Notes: generated from the sequence alone by a model not told the origin. Shown: positions 40,265-55,790, numbered from the stretch's first letter. The stretch: DNA of 64,000 nt from Octopus vulgaris (GCA_951406725.2 OX597814.1:209560001-209624000), one strand, 5' to 3'. A program made the numbers and translations.

Positions 40265-40937
40265 ATATGTGTATATATTTATATATGCGTATATGCATAT
40301 ATTCACACCTGCATATTTAAAGTTTCTGCACATGTATATAATTAATATTATTCGCGCATATAGTACAATACATTCACACACTCATACCTGTATGTATGTA
40401 TGTATCTGTCTACCTCTCTGTCTGTGTGTCTGTCTGTCTCTCTGTCTCTCTCTTTCTATCTGATAACTATATCTGCATCCATCTTCCTATATATATATAT
40501 ATATTTATATTTACGTATATACACGAATATTTCTACTCTATTGTGTGACAAGACAATGAGACCAGTTGTACAAAAGGAAAGGTGATAAATGATGGCTTAA
40601 AATATACTGAGAAATCAATAGGAATATATTTCGGTTACTGAAGGCATATTCAGAATCAAAATAGCTTTCATCAGTAAAAACCTTGAATACATGTCGGCCG
40701 ATTAGTCCATCAAAGTCAAAAGAGATGACATGCTTCTTTGCGACGAGTCTTCATATAACTTCATTAATGGGACTTTTTATGCGAATAACGACGAAATTGC
40801 AGTCTTTAAACATGGCTAAAAATGTAAGTTCACAAGTAAGCTGCAGGTACTTTCTATCATCGTTAATTCTTTTTAAATATTTCGTGATATAGTGAATGAA
40901 GGTATTGATTAATGATAAGTATATATGTATGTATGTA

Positions 40938-41028
<91 letters not shown>

Positions 41029-41039
41029 ATATATATATA

Positions 41040-41079
<40 letters not shown>

Positions 41080-41304
41080 GGTGTGTGTGTGTGTATATAT
41101 ATATACATATACATATATACATATACATATATACATATACATATATATATATATAAATACATACATGTATATATATGTATGTACACACATATATATACAT
41201 GCATATATATGTACACACACATAAACATATATGTATATATATATATACATATAAATATCTATATATATACATGTATATGTATATATATATAGGTATGCAT
41301 ATAT

Positions 41305-41362
<58 letters not shown>

Positions 41363-42079
41363 ATATATATATATATCTGTCTATCTGTCATATATATACA
41401 TATATATGCGTGTGTATATATATTTGTGTATGTGTGTAATATGTATAGTCATATATATATATAGTTACACCAATACAACTATGTGCAAAACATGAGCTGA
41501 CACAGAATTTCGATTACAGATTGTCAGTCTCATTTCTTTTATTCTTTTATACTCTGAAGCAAATATGATTGTTGTTGTGGCTATTATTTAGTTCTAGATG
41601 AACTGTGATGGAGCACATCAATGATAAAAAGCATTCTAAGCATTATCATCTCTTTTTTTCTATTTTATATATCTAGCACTCTATTATCTAATGCATTTCC
41701 CCCTTTATTTAGAATAGAGGTTTAAGATTTCAAGAAGATTTAACTGCTATTTATAGAATGTTCAGCAGACGTGTCCAAATCTGTTTGGTTTACGCAAATC
41801 TGTTTCATTTATATTAATAGTTAGCTGATTTAAATCAACATCCAAGAGATCTGTAGATGAATGTAATTCTACGCGAGCGCCGATTATATAAATACATTTA
41901 TATCCACTCACTCAAACACATAATGAACATATACGCACCAAGTGGTACGTCGTGTTCTTGAGCATAACACCTCATTTCACGCTGCTCTGCGATCATTTCG
42001 TTATCTGACAATTGGTACACCATGCACCCGTACAGATAATATGTCTGATATACAGTGAGTGGCTGTGTGGAAAGTAACT

Positions 42080-42483
42080 ATAGGCGCAGGAGTGGCTGTG
42101 TGGTAAGTAAATTGCTTACCAACCACATGGTTCCGGGTTCAGTCCCACTGCGTGGCACCTTGGGCAAGTGTCTTCTACTATAGCCACGGGGCGACCAAAG
42201 CCTTGTGAGTAGATTTGGTAGATGGAAACTGAAAGAAGCCTGTCGTATATATGTATATATATGTGTGTGTGTGTGTGTGTGTTTGTGTGTCTGTTTTTGT
42301 CCCCCTAGCATTGCTTGACAACCGATGCTGGTGTCTTTATGTCCCCGTCACTTAGCGGTTCGGCAAGAGACACCGAAAGAATAAGTACTAGGCGTACAAA
42401 GAATAAGTCCTGGGGTGGATTTGCTCGACTAAAGGCGGTGTTCTAGCATGGCCACAGCCAATGACTGAAACAAATAAAAGAAA
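42080..42483 (+). mobile_element. SINE family A, full length, preceded by a partial duplicate of its head (42057-42077)
   Basis: Aligns to 20605-21017. Confidence 0.95.
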
Positions 42484-43596
42484 ATATATATAAATCCAAA
42501 CAATGGAACAAGAACGCTACAGACAATAACAAAACATCTGGGCAGATTGGCGATACAAAGACGGACAGGAAAAAATAAGGACGGGTCATTTTCAGCTTTT
42601 CCTCCTCTGTCTCAGATCATCCTTACAGCTTGGGCCGGTTACGCTTGAGACTGTTCAAATCTGGCTGGCCCCAAAATTCTAAGCTAAGAGCAATGTTTTG
42701 GGGAGAAAGCAAGTGAATGTGTACGAAAACAAAGACAAAAAACGAACAAAAATACAGAGAAACTGTTACACATTTACAAATACAAACAACAAAAAAATAT
42801 CAATAGGTGTCTTTCGCCTAAGAAAGACGAATCGAGTTGAGCTGGCGTGTGTAAAATGAAAGCCTTGAGACAGGAACATAGGAAATGAACATAAAAGATG
42901 AAAGTCATGAGGCAGGAATATGAGATGCATCGTGACTGGCATTTGAGCCAAGAAAGAAAGATCGTGCTTGGCTGAACACCGGTCACGTGGAAGGAAAGGA
43001 GGGAGGTGGGGGCAGAGGGATTGAAGAAAGATATGAAAACAGAGACATAGAGAAAGGTACGAGGGAGATAAACGAGGAGGAAAACTAGGGGGTTTAAAGA
43101 AAGATAAAGCCACGAAATGTGAGAAAGGGGGAGCGAAAAAAAATACCCATATATTCATAGATATCTAGCTGGAGAGGAATATTCACCGTCCGTTTTGTTT
43201 TAATTAATAAATGATTAATTGTACCCTGGCACAAAGTAAATGGAAAATTATACTACGAGATGAAAGGTATTAAAATTCTGTAGACAGGAAAGGGAACCGA
43301 ATGATGATAGCACAACGCCTAAAAAAAAAAACAATATGCCCGTTCAACAGTTTCTTAAGGGGTTTCAGCAGTTTCGACTCCTTATGCATCACTGCCAGTC
43401 TAGTAGTGGTGGCAAGAGGCCTCGGATATTGTTGAGAGGCAATTGTGACTCATATACATGTATGTATGTACGTGGATATATGTGCGTGAGTGAGTGCGTG
43501 TGTGTGTGCGGGTGTATGTGCTCGCACAGGCACGTGTCCGATTGCATGCAAACATAACATGTTAAATATGACTTTATACAAATCTCTCTTCTTACC

Positions 43597-43669
<73 letters not shown>

Positions 43670-43670
43670 A

Positions 43671-44126
<456 letters not shown>

Positions 44127-44759
44127 GTCTAGCTAGCTAAGCACCCGTATATATATATATATGAACACATACAATTACATCCATATACAATGTGCATAAA
44201 CATGCATACGCTTAAATATACTTATACACTAAATATACACACGTATATTTCCATGTAAATTATCCATATTATTTCATCTTCTATTTTCATTCTCAATGTT
44301 TATTTAAAATTTATAGAATTTCTGTTATCAGATGACATTTCTATAATAAAATTTTCTTAATTTCATCTTATTTTTTTTATTTCTAAATTCCATAACTTTT
44401 TTCTTAAAACCATATATATTCAATATCTTATACTAACTTATTGTTTTAATGCTGGTTGATAGAGTTAAACTTTGTATGTTCTTTAATTACTAGTATTCTT
44501 CAGAATTATAGAAATTCACAGAGCATCATTCCTGAGTTTTGATAAATTGTATTATGTTACTTTTTGAAAATAAATGGCAACGTATATGCACAAACAATTG
44601 ATTTTCATAGTTATATATCATAGAGACACTAAACTTAACTCTTTTAGTTAAAATAATATAATTATTTCATATTGTAATGCAATGGAATATATATGCAGGC
44701 AAACACGTCAAAATAGTGGCTGAAGTTACCTCTTTTCATTAATTAGTATGAAGTTCTAT

Positions 44760-45110
44760 GGAGGCGCAATGGCCCAGTGGTTAGGGCAGCGGACTCGCGG
44801 TCATAGGATCGCGGTTTCGATTCCCAGACCGGGCGTTGTGAGTGTTTATTGAGCGAAAACACCTAAAAGCTCTGCTGTACTCTGCTGATCCCTGCTGTAC
44901 TCTTTCACCACAACTTTCTCTCACTCTTACTTCCTGTTTCTGTTGTACCTGTACTTCAAAGGGCCGGCCTTGTCACTCTCTGTGTCACGCTGATTATCCC
45001 CGAGAACTACGTTAAGGGTACACTTACACGTTAATTTCACGAGCAGGCTGTTCCGTTGATTCGGATCAACCGGAACCCTCGTCGTCGTAACCGACGGAGT
45101 GCTTCCATCC
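44760..45110 (+). mobile_element. SINE family C with 12-bp TSD
   Basis: Matches 26848-27234; TSD ATGAAGTTCTAT at 44748-44759 and 45111-45122. Confidence 0.95.
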
Positions 45111-45971
45111 ATGAAGTTCTATAAAAAGGAATTGAGTTGCAGCTTGGTTTTGTCCACTAAAACATACAAATATCGACTGCGTGACTTAAAACAAAACTAG
45201 TATGTACAGAGAGATGAAGAGTAGTAAGTTTGAAGTAACGATAAAGCACGGAATTACTAAATATAGATGCTTCTGAATGATTAAAGATGACTTAGAGCAA
45301 GTATGAAAAACGAAAACAATGCTACAAAATTAATTTCGAAATAATTGCAGTATATTCTAAAAACAAATTTCATAAAGCTCAAGATCAGTCGATGTTTCTT
45401 AAGATCATTTATTTAAAAAATAAGTACGAAATGCTATACCTGGTCAAAAAAAAAAATTCTATGATAAAATTTCTCTACAGCAACAGTCATAAAAGAACTG
45501 GAAATATGCAAATAACGCCGAGTAGATACCATTATTATTTTATCAGCAATGATACGTTACCTACACTCCATTATTGCCAATAAAAACCATTTGATTTCAT
45601 TATTAATCTTTCGAAAAAAATGGAAGATAAAACTTGTTATTGCTTTGTGAGTGTAAGAAATCATTAATATATCGCTATTTGTGTGCTATTATTTGCCTTA
45701 TAACTATTTGTTTTCACATACATCTTATCACAAAAATATATCCGCTTTTAATTTTTCATCCCATTGGCACCAGTTATACAATTCATTGCCAATTCAAAAA
45801 GACTATATCGAACCGAAATTTCGGGAAAGTTCTGTTTGATATTTTGATTACTATATCATTTAACTATAAAATCTTAAAGACAAAACAAAACTCAAACAAA
45901 GACTAGAAAATATATCAAACGTGCTTCAGAATATAAAATATAAAAACAGACAAATACGCTGAAACATTTTC

Positions 45972-46022
<51 letters not shown>

Positions 46023-46992
46023 GAGAGAGTTTAATATCACCACACCACTCACACACCTACCAAGCATAGGTCCAACCACATAACTACGTATTTACACACA
46101 AACATACAACTATTAAAATATCTATTATGTACACATGCATACATTTAAATAACTCTGTCCGTGTTTGTAAACATAATAAATGGCCGGGCAAATGATCTGT
46201 CTGTGAACAGATGTGTTAGATAAATAACTTGGCTAGAAACTGGTCAGACTGATACGTTTTCATGACCATCGAGAAATACGACCTGTGGTACAAATTTATT
46301 TACTTTTCGCGGCGAGGTTAATTTTTATGTTTATTAATATATTGATGCTTATTATAAACTCACATTTCCAATTCAATTATTTCAATATATATGTGGATGT
46401 TAGTAACTGCACGCTAATGAACTAACGAAGTGAAAGACTCTAAGTGATGAGAAGAACGATAAACAAAGAAAGGGAGAAGAGTTTGGTATCAGATGGGTAT
46501 ATGAAGAGATGATGGAAGAGAGAGAGGGTAGGAGAAAAAGAGAGAGAGGAGGAGGGAATCTTTGAAGGAGCGACAAAGAAAACTTAATGATGTAAATGGA
46601 AGGGAAATAGTAACAAAATTTGAAAGTAACAGTTGAAAATTTCCATCCCACCCACTTTTGACTCAGATTTTAAAATAAAACCAAGGTGATAAATAATAAA
46701 AAAAAAAAGATGATGTGAATGAAAATCAGAACATAAAAATATAACATTAGTCATAAACAAAATTATAACAATAGGAATACCAGCCGCAAATAATGAAAAA
46801 CATAAACACAAACAACAGTAATAAGCAAAGATTAACCAAGATTTAATATTTCTAGTTCTTTCTTAATGAAAATATTTGAAATCTCACACAAAGCTATGAA
46901 ATAATCTATAAAAATATACAAAATTGAACGAAACTTGTTGTGGCAGATAACAATATATACATACTTATGCATGTACACACATATGCGCCCGC

Positions 46993-47075
<83 letters not shown>

Positions 47076-47498
47076 GAAAATCAATAGTGTATATTTACAT
47101 GTGAAATTGGGCGTTCTCCAATTTCATTTGACATAAGAAATAGTAAAAAATAGAAAAGTCGGATTATACAGCATTTTGAAACTTGAAATGAAAATGCGTT
47201 ATTAAATTACGACGCTAATGTAAAAGAAACATACACAAAAGAAAAGAAAAAAACTGCAAGGAATCTTAATGAATGATGAATACAAAACTCAAGGTAAACG
47301 CAACAAAACCGAACCGAAACAAAAAGTAGAAGCAAAAATTTAAATCTTAAAAGTAAAGCAATATCCGATGTAAACATACACATTAAAACAATTATAACAT
47401 CAATAAATAATTATAGAAATATATGTAAATAAAGTAAGACTTCAAAATAGAAGCAGAAAATATAACGTCTATGTCAATGTGTGCGTATATATATATAC

Positions 47499-47579
<81 letters not shown>

Positions 47580-47739
47580 TGTGTGTATGTGTGTGTGTAT
47601 AAGTATATTTGGATATATATATATATTTATATCCACACATATATATATATACTCATATATACATAGATATACACATATATACATACATGTATAAATACAA
47701 ACATATACGCATTTATATGTGTGTATATATAAGTGTACA

Positions 47740-47791
<52 letters not shown>

Positions 47792-48102
47792 ATAAGTATA
47801 TTTGGATATATGTATTTATATACATGTATAAATACATATATATATTTATATCCACACACATATATATACACACATATATATACACACATATATACATATA
47901 TATACACATATATACATACATGTACATATACAAACATATACGCCTATATATGTGTGTATATATACGTGTATATATATATATATATATATGTGCGTGTGTG
48001 TGTGTGTATGTGTGTATGTATGTATATATACACAATGTCATGCGAAGCATTGTTGAATAGAATATATGCGCGGTAAAATCATATTAGACATACTTGAACA
48101 TA

Positions 48103-48340
48103 CTTGGACGTGGGAAGAGCTTCCACTGCGGAAATATCTCCAGGAGAAAAATATCTCCTCCTCGACTCAATGAGCTCTGTCCGAAGCATCACCAACAATG
48201 AACATGCAAAAGAATGCAGGGACGTGTGCCTCTCACGCTCCAGTGACGCCATTCACAGACGTGTCTTTATACATGCCACCTAGAACGAGGATTTATTTTC
48301 CGAGAGAACCTCCGCAGCCGAAGGTCTTCTCACGTCCAAG
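48103..48340. mobile_element. 238-bp MITE with about 30-bp imperfect TIRs and TA TSD (Tc1/mariner-type); truncated second copy at 50248-50428
   Basis: TA|CTTGGACGTGGGAAGAGCTTCCACTGCGGA ... TCCGCAGCCGAAGGTCTTCTCACGTCCAAG|TA. Confidence 0.8.
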
Positions 48341-48501
48341 TATACTTCAGTGCGATATATATGTCTTTACGCAACGCTCTCCCACTCCCTCATATATGCG
48401 TGCACATATATGGGCATATATGTATGTCTGTGTAACTACGTTTGTACATACATCAAAAGTAGTGCTATGCAAATTCGTAGTAATCCTTATTAATATTCTT
48501 T

Positions 48502-48561
<60 letters not shown>

Positions 48562-48562
48562 A

Positions 48563-48866
48563 TGGAGGCGCAATGGCCCAGTGGTTAGGGCAGCGGACTC
48601 GCGGTCGTAGGATCGCGGTCCCGATTCCCAGACTGGGCGTTGTGAGTTTTTATTAAGCGAAAACACCTAAAGCTCCACGAGGCCCCGGCAGGGTGGTGGT
48701 AGCGACCCCTGCTGTACCCTTTCGCCACAACTTTCTCTCACTCTTTCTTCTGTTGGCCTGCTCACCTAGCCAGCGGGGTAGCGTCATTTGAAGGCTAAAA
48801 CAATGCGAAGCGCATTGTGACCAGCGATGTGTAGCAACATCTGATAGCCTGGTCAGTCAAGGTGAT
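48563..48866 (+). mobile_element. SINE family C head with an alternative 3' tail
   Basis: Matches family C up to CTCTCACTCTT (about 48745), then an unrelated tail ending GGTCAGTCAAGGTGATA. Confidence 0.88.
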
Positions 48867-48877
48867 ATATATATATA

Positions 48878-48917
<40 letters not shown>

Positions 48918-49034
48918 TTTACGCACATGTATTCTATTTAACACATACAGAAGGAAGAAATGGAAATGATAGCTAGTATGATCCACCATTTAAGATGAAG
49001 TATTCCACCCCATTAGCGAACATCTTCAAACTAA

Positions 49035-49172
49035 GCGGTTCGGCAAAAGAGACAGATAGAATAAGTACTGGGCTTACAAAGAATAAGTCCCGGGGTCGAT
49101 TTGCTCGACTAAAGGCGGTGCTCCAGCATGGCCGCAGTCAGATGACTGAAACAAGTAAAAGAGTAAAAGAGT
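49035..49172 (+). mobile_element. SINE family A 3' part
   Basis: GCGGTTCGGCAAAAGAG...ACAAGTAAAAGAGTAAAAGAG. Confidence 0.92.
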
Positions 49173-49207
49173 ATATATATATCTATATCTATCTATCTAT
49201 CTATCTA

Positions 49208-49266
<59 letters not shown>

Positions 49267-49738
49267 TAGACATATATATATCATAGACATATAAGATACA
49301 GAGATCTTTCATAGTGTCTACATGATCATAATAATTTGTCTTCCTCTTACCTCGCACGATTTCCCAAAACGCTCATATCTGATGTTCTGATGTTCTGATG
49401 TCTTTTCGTTCACGTGTTCATGATACTTTCCCAAAGTATCGCCAAATCAAGAATAAGAACTTTTAAAATATCAGTCCATGTTGTAATGTCAGAGCTTTCC
49501 TTCGTTATTGCAATTTCGCACGGAAATTCGAGAGCGTCGCCTCTGGTCCGTGTTTAACGTTTCGTACCTTTTATCAGTTTCACTTCAAGTGTAGTCTCTT
49601 AATTAGTTTGAAGAAGATGTTCGCTAATGAGGTGGAATACTTCATCTTAAATGGTGGATCATACTAGCTATCATTTCCATTTCTTCCTTCTGTATGTGTT
49701 AAATAGAATACATGTGCGTAAAATCATATTAGACATAC

Positions 49739-50234
<496 letters not shown>

Positions 50235-51566
50235 ATACTTGAGCATGCTTGGACGTGGGAAGAGCTCACACTGCGGAAATATCTCCAGGAGAAAAAATAT
50301 CTCCTCCGCGACTCAATGAGCTCTGTCCGAATCATCACAAACAATGAACATGCAAAAGAATACAGAGACGTGTGCCTCTCACGCTCCAGTGACGTCATTC
50401 ACAGACGTATCTTTATACATGCTACCTATTGTTAACCGACTCGGCTGGTTCTTATCTAAGTGTACACTAGTAATTATACTTTTATATATGTGTTTCTATA
50501 AAGGTGCACGTATCTGTACGAATGTGACAGACTGTGTATAACATCTTGTAGAGAAAATTTTAAACGGAGTAAATCAAATAAGCACATGAGAGTGCCTGCT
50601 AGAAGGACTGTACATTTATGATGAGAGTTAAGACCCTCCAGTGTCACTTAGACTGCTGCCATAACTGACTACGTGTCAGGTTATAGGTCTCAGAATATAT
50701 GTGCCTCCTCTCATTATCTCTTCTCTACTAAGATTCAACCGAATCTCTTCTCAACGACAATTTAAATATTTTAGAGGAAGTCTTCAAATTAATTAAGAAA
50801 GACTTCACACGACAGCACAGAGTAGACAGTAACACCAGTTCTCTACCATAGATTCACATCTTCTTTTCTTTCTCAACACTAATCATCAATCTATACATAG
50901 GAGGTGAAGACTGGGAACATCTCACACAACTTAAAATGGAACAAATTAGCTGAAATATGTAATTATTTTGGGGGATATAAAATCAATACAAGCTTTGTGG
51001 AGTCGAAATTATTTAGACATTAATCGTCAAGATATATATAAAATCAGCAAACCTCACACGTATCATGGATCTTTACATACCACCGAAAGTTGATAACACT
51101 AACTTAAACATAAATAATTCGAAGAATGACGTATCTATGTATGTGTAATGTATCTGTGCGTGCTTGAGTATTTGCTTATAAATATAGAACGACTGCTTAT
51201 ACGCCACGTAACCAATAGGCAAATAATCTAAAATCATACTCTGAATAATGGAATAGCTGCAAAATCCCTTCAGTTAGATTCCGTTTTCTGCTATTTTTTT
51301 TTTTTACAAATCTTTAATGTGGTATTAACGTCGGCTAGCAAATGATTTCAACTAGTGTGCATAACTTCATATGCCTGTCCCAGATCACAGTGTCTGTCTT
51401 TTAACATTGCATTTCATTGGTGCCTTGTCATCAATATTACACCACACATTGACTGAATGAATGGAAATCTGTACGCAAGCATGGATGCATGTACACATAG
51501 ATAGATACATATCTATCTATCAATCTATCCGTATACATATATATGTGTGTGCATGTGTATAGTATG

Positions 51567-51613
<47 letters not shown>

Positions 51614-51676
51614 TAATACTACATGTATTTTCATATTTTTTTATAGTGTGATTTAACTTTTGGAATAACAATGTTT

Positions 51677-51767
51677 GCGGCTGAAGAGAGCTTTAAACCA
51701 TCTTTTATATCAAGTATACACTGATATAAGAACGGATTATTTATAAAACTTGAAACACGTGTACCGC
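51677..51767 (+). ncRNA. Canonical type I hammerhead ribozyme in a 270-bp TA-flanked element (51613-51880)
   Basis: gcgg-CTGAAGA-[long stem II including ttatatca/tgatataa]-GAAAC-ACGT-GTA-ccgc; intact catalytic core, palindromic stem III, predicted cleavage after A51763. Confidence 0.8.
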
Positions 51768-51879
51768 GATATCTTTTGCGTTCTGTTATTAATTTTATTT
51801 TATATATTCTCTTTCACCTCTGCCACTTTCTGGCATATACAGGTGCTTACACTTATCAAATATTCACTCTAAATTTACA

Positions 51880-51934
<55 letters not shown>

Positions 51935-51938
<4 letters not shown>

Positions 51939-52150
51939 TAATCCAAACATGAAAACACAAAGAGAAAACACAACAACGCTCGAACGTGGAACAAATATAG
52001 TATTATTGGACGCTCAGGAAAGAAGGAAAGAAGGAGGGTTTTACGTTTCGAGCGGAGCTCTTCGTCAGAAACATAGGAAAAGGAAAGATCCAGAGAAGGG
52101 AAGACGGAGGAAAAATATGGCCAACGGTACACACGCGGTCACATTTTGAA
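51935..52150 (-). mobile_element. About 215-bp TA-inserted element with a minimal HHR
   Basis: Homologous to 52972-53176 (inverted) and, more distantly, to 26258-26465. Confidence 0.8.
52038..52072 (-). ncRNA. Minimal type I hammerhead ribozyme (PLE-type, likely dimer-dependent)
   Basis: gttt-CTGACGA-a-GAGC-tcc-GCTC-GAAAC-GTA-aaac. Confidence 0.75.
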
Positions 52151-52207
52151 TATATATGTATATAAATATATATGTATAAATATACATATATACATATATA
52201 TATGCAT

Positions 52208-52288
<81 letters not shown>

Positions 52289-52293
<5 letters not shown>

Positions 52294-52485
52294 ATGTTTG
52301 TGTCTGTGTTTGTACCCCACCATCGCTTGACATCCAATGTTGGTGTACTTACGTCCCCGTAACTTAGTGGTTCGGCAAAAGTGACCAATAGATTAAATAC
52401 GAGGTTTACAAATACAAGTCCTGGGGTCGATTTCTTCGACTAAAAGGCACGGCCGCAGTTAAATGATTGAAAGAAGTAAAAGAGT
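52289..52485 (+). mobile_element. SINE family A 3' half
   Basis: Aligns to the family from the TG tract to the tail. Confidence 0.88.
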
Positions 52486-52496
52486 ATATATATATT

Positions 52497-52532
<36 letters not shown>

Positions 52533-52833
52533 TTATACCCATTCGGAAAGTTCCAAGCAACCTCATTTGACTCACAATACGTATACTGTAAAATAAAAAT
52601 TATGGTGGAAGACATGTACCCACTGATCCATGGTGTGGAATAGAACTCCTACCCACGGAGTTTCAAAGTGAACTTCTGTCATACTTTTACAAGACAAATT
52701 GTGACAGTGATTTCGAAGTTTCGGCCAGCTAAAGCATCCCCGGATCTTGATGCATTAAGTTAGTATTGGCTGCATATAGTCTCTGAGATTAAAATTTTCT
52801 GGAGTATATGTGGGTCGGTTGATATATCTATAT

Positions 52834-52889
<56 letters not shown>

Positions 52890-52971
52890 TTCTCTTTGTA
52901 GCACAAGGCTTTCCTATTTGGAAGCCTCTTAATGTGTTTTAACGCACACGATATTTTATATATATATATAT

Positions 52972-53176
52972 CCGCATGTGTACCGTTGGCGATTTTTTTC
53001 CTCTGTCTTCCCTTCTCTGGATCTTTCCTTCTCCTATGTTTCCGACGAAGACATCCGCTCGAAACGTTAAACCCTCCTTCTTTCCTTCTTTCCTGAGCGT
53101 CCAATAATACTATATTTGTTCCATGTCCTCGCGTTGTTGTGTTTTTTTGTGCTTTCTTTTTTTGGATTGACTTTAT
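52972..53176 (+). mobile_element. Second copy of the 215-bp HHR element with a mutated ribozyme (53038-53072)
   Basis: gttt-CCGACGA-a-GACA-tcc-GCTC-GAAACGTT-aaac; TA-flanked. Confidence 0.8.
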
Positions 53177-53412
53177 GTATATATATATATACATACATAT
53201 ATATACATACACACACACACTCTTTATTTGTAGATTAACCGGGTTATCATTGGTTTCGTGTTTAGAGAGATATCACTTTACAGTTATCAAACCTGTTACA
53301 TGGAACTTTGGTATTCGTCTCCATCTGAGATATATTTCTTATCATGAAGCCACTGGTAGTAGGGTTTGCCTACAAATAAAGAATATTCATCCAGCAATGC
53401 CGTGTTGAGCTG

Positions 53413-53487
<75 letters not shown>

Positions 53488-55532
53488 ATTTTGTTGTTAA
53501 TACTTTTTAAGCAACTGAGATTAAGTATCATTCGTACTGAGTAACCTATATTTCTTGACCTACTCAGTCTAGGTGGGATGTTTGAATGAACCATGCTAAC
53601 GTTTATTTATACATATTTTTTCAGACTTACAAATTAAATGTAAATCTATCGTACATCAATTTCCATTACCTTTAAGTAATCAGAATAATTTCATTAGTAG
53701 TTGCCATTAATGTATGTATGTGCTATCAGCACAAAGAACAAATGAAATCACTCCAAAACAATGAAGACTCTGCTGACAAAGCGAATTGATTTATCAGTAA
53801 GATGGAAGTTGAAAGCAATGGATGTATAGTAGAATTAACGCAGCGACTTAGATTTAATTCATGTTTATATTTACTTTACAGTTGTGACGTCGATACATTT
53901 CTTTGGGAAAGAATCCATGCCAAAAACTTTAAATTCAATGATCTACGAATGTGTATAGCTAAACAATACACTTTGATAATTATTAACAACGAATTTCTGG
54001 CCGTATTGACAACTTCTCTTACAACTAGTCAAAGGCTGGAGCAGTTTGCTTTGTACTCATAGTAAAGATAATGTCTATAGATGAGCAAGTCTAGTTTGCC
54101 GGCCAATGTAATATAGCAAACCACTGCTGTAAGCTGTAGAAGCAGCATCAACGTAGAAATAGTGGATATTGTGTCAATCTGCAGTACGATCGTCCAACGT
54201 GAGATATAAACCAAGCTCGTATTTAGGTGGAGATTTAGTTTTCATCCGATTAACAGTAGAGAAACGAAAGATAAACGTCAGTCGTATGTCTCCTGATTAA
54301 AAAAAAATGTTAGGTTATTTAAACCGATTTCTAGTGATTGAATAAGACACAACAAGCTAGGTCTTAAGGGTATCTATATGGAGAATGTACTGAAGTTCTG
54401 GGATTGAGTGGTCTGTTGGATATACCTAAGGAGAGTTGGTTATTTCCTAGCCTGATTCAGTTATAAATAGACTGTCGATTGGATGCACAGTCTATGGAAT
54501 ATATAATACTGAAGTTCAAACCAACTTTCAAAGAATTAAGCCACAGAAAACTGTTTATTTGTTCGGGTCATTCGGGTCAGCCTACCATAGACATAGCATA
54601 TATTAGCAGCAGAACTCAACAGCACGAGTTAATAATTCAGTAATTTGTTATGCAAGTCCTCAGAGATTCACAATTGGCAGTAAAAATTAACCTTTCTGTG
54701 TTATCCATTGCAGCTGTACGCGAAGGATGACAGCAAATGAATTGGCGTTACAATACACGAAAAGCGGCACGATCAAAAGAATAAAATCCTCAATATCCTC
54801 TGTAATAGATTTGCCTCTACATTCTCCGAGAGAAATGAAAACGTCAAATAGATGCATGTGATATATAAACAATTTATCAGAATTCAAAAATATTTAATTA
54901 ATTTCTAGCTTTTTGCTTTTTATTTCGTTGATGTCAAACTCGATTCATTATCATTATGAATGTTCACCGTATCCAACTATCAACTTTATCCATTATAATT
55001 AAACTAAGATATCCGTTAAACATTGTTTATAATCTTTCTTTACACTCGTACACACGTATACACACACACACACGTATACACACACACTCACACACACACA
55101 CACACACATATATATTTATATATACACACACATGTTTATCAAGTTTCGTTCTTAAATAATAGCGATTTTCGTTAGGTAGGCTTTTCATATAGAGTGAAAT
55201 GATTTTCAGTGGATTTGCTGTAATAATTTTTGTTTAATGAAAGGAGAGATGGTGGTGGAATCATATACTGTCGGAAGGAATACTTTCCGCTTTCGAGTCA
55301 AGCTGAGATCAGCTTTGCATTTAATACTTTCAGCATCTGTACTTGTTCGATATCATAAACTGTTCCTCCATACATGTTTTTGTCTCTAACTTAGAAAACA
55401 ATAATTTGTTTATATCAGAGGGAAACGGTAGAGCGTCAAACGATATGCTCTGTGGAGTTAAGTTACACTCTTTTATGGTTTTTAAAAAAATATTATATAA
55501 GGGGAGACTTTGTCTTTCATTCTCACAAAAGA

Positions 55533-55790
55533 AGTGGCTGTGTGGTAAGTAGCTGGCTTACGAACCACATGGTTCCGGCTTCAGTCCCACTGTGTGGCAT
55601 CTTGGGCAAGTGTCTTCTACAATAGCCTCGGGTTGACCAAAGCCTTGTCAGTGGATTTGGTAGACGGAAACTGAAAGAAGCCCGTCGTATATATGCATGT
55701 ATGTATATGTGTGTATATATATATGTATGTGTGTGTATATATGTGTATGTGTATGTATGTATTATGTATGTATGTATATATGTATGTATG

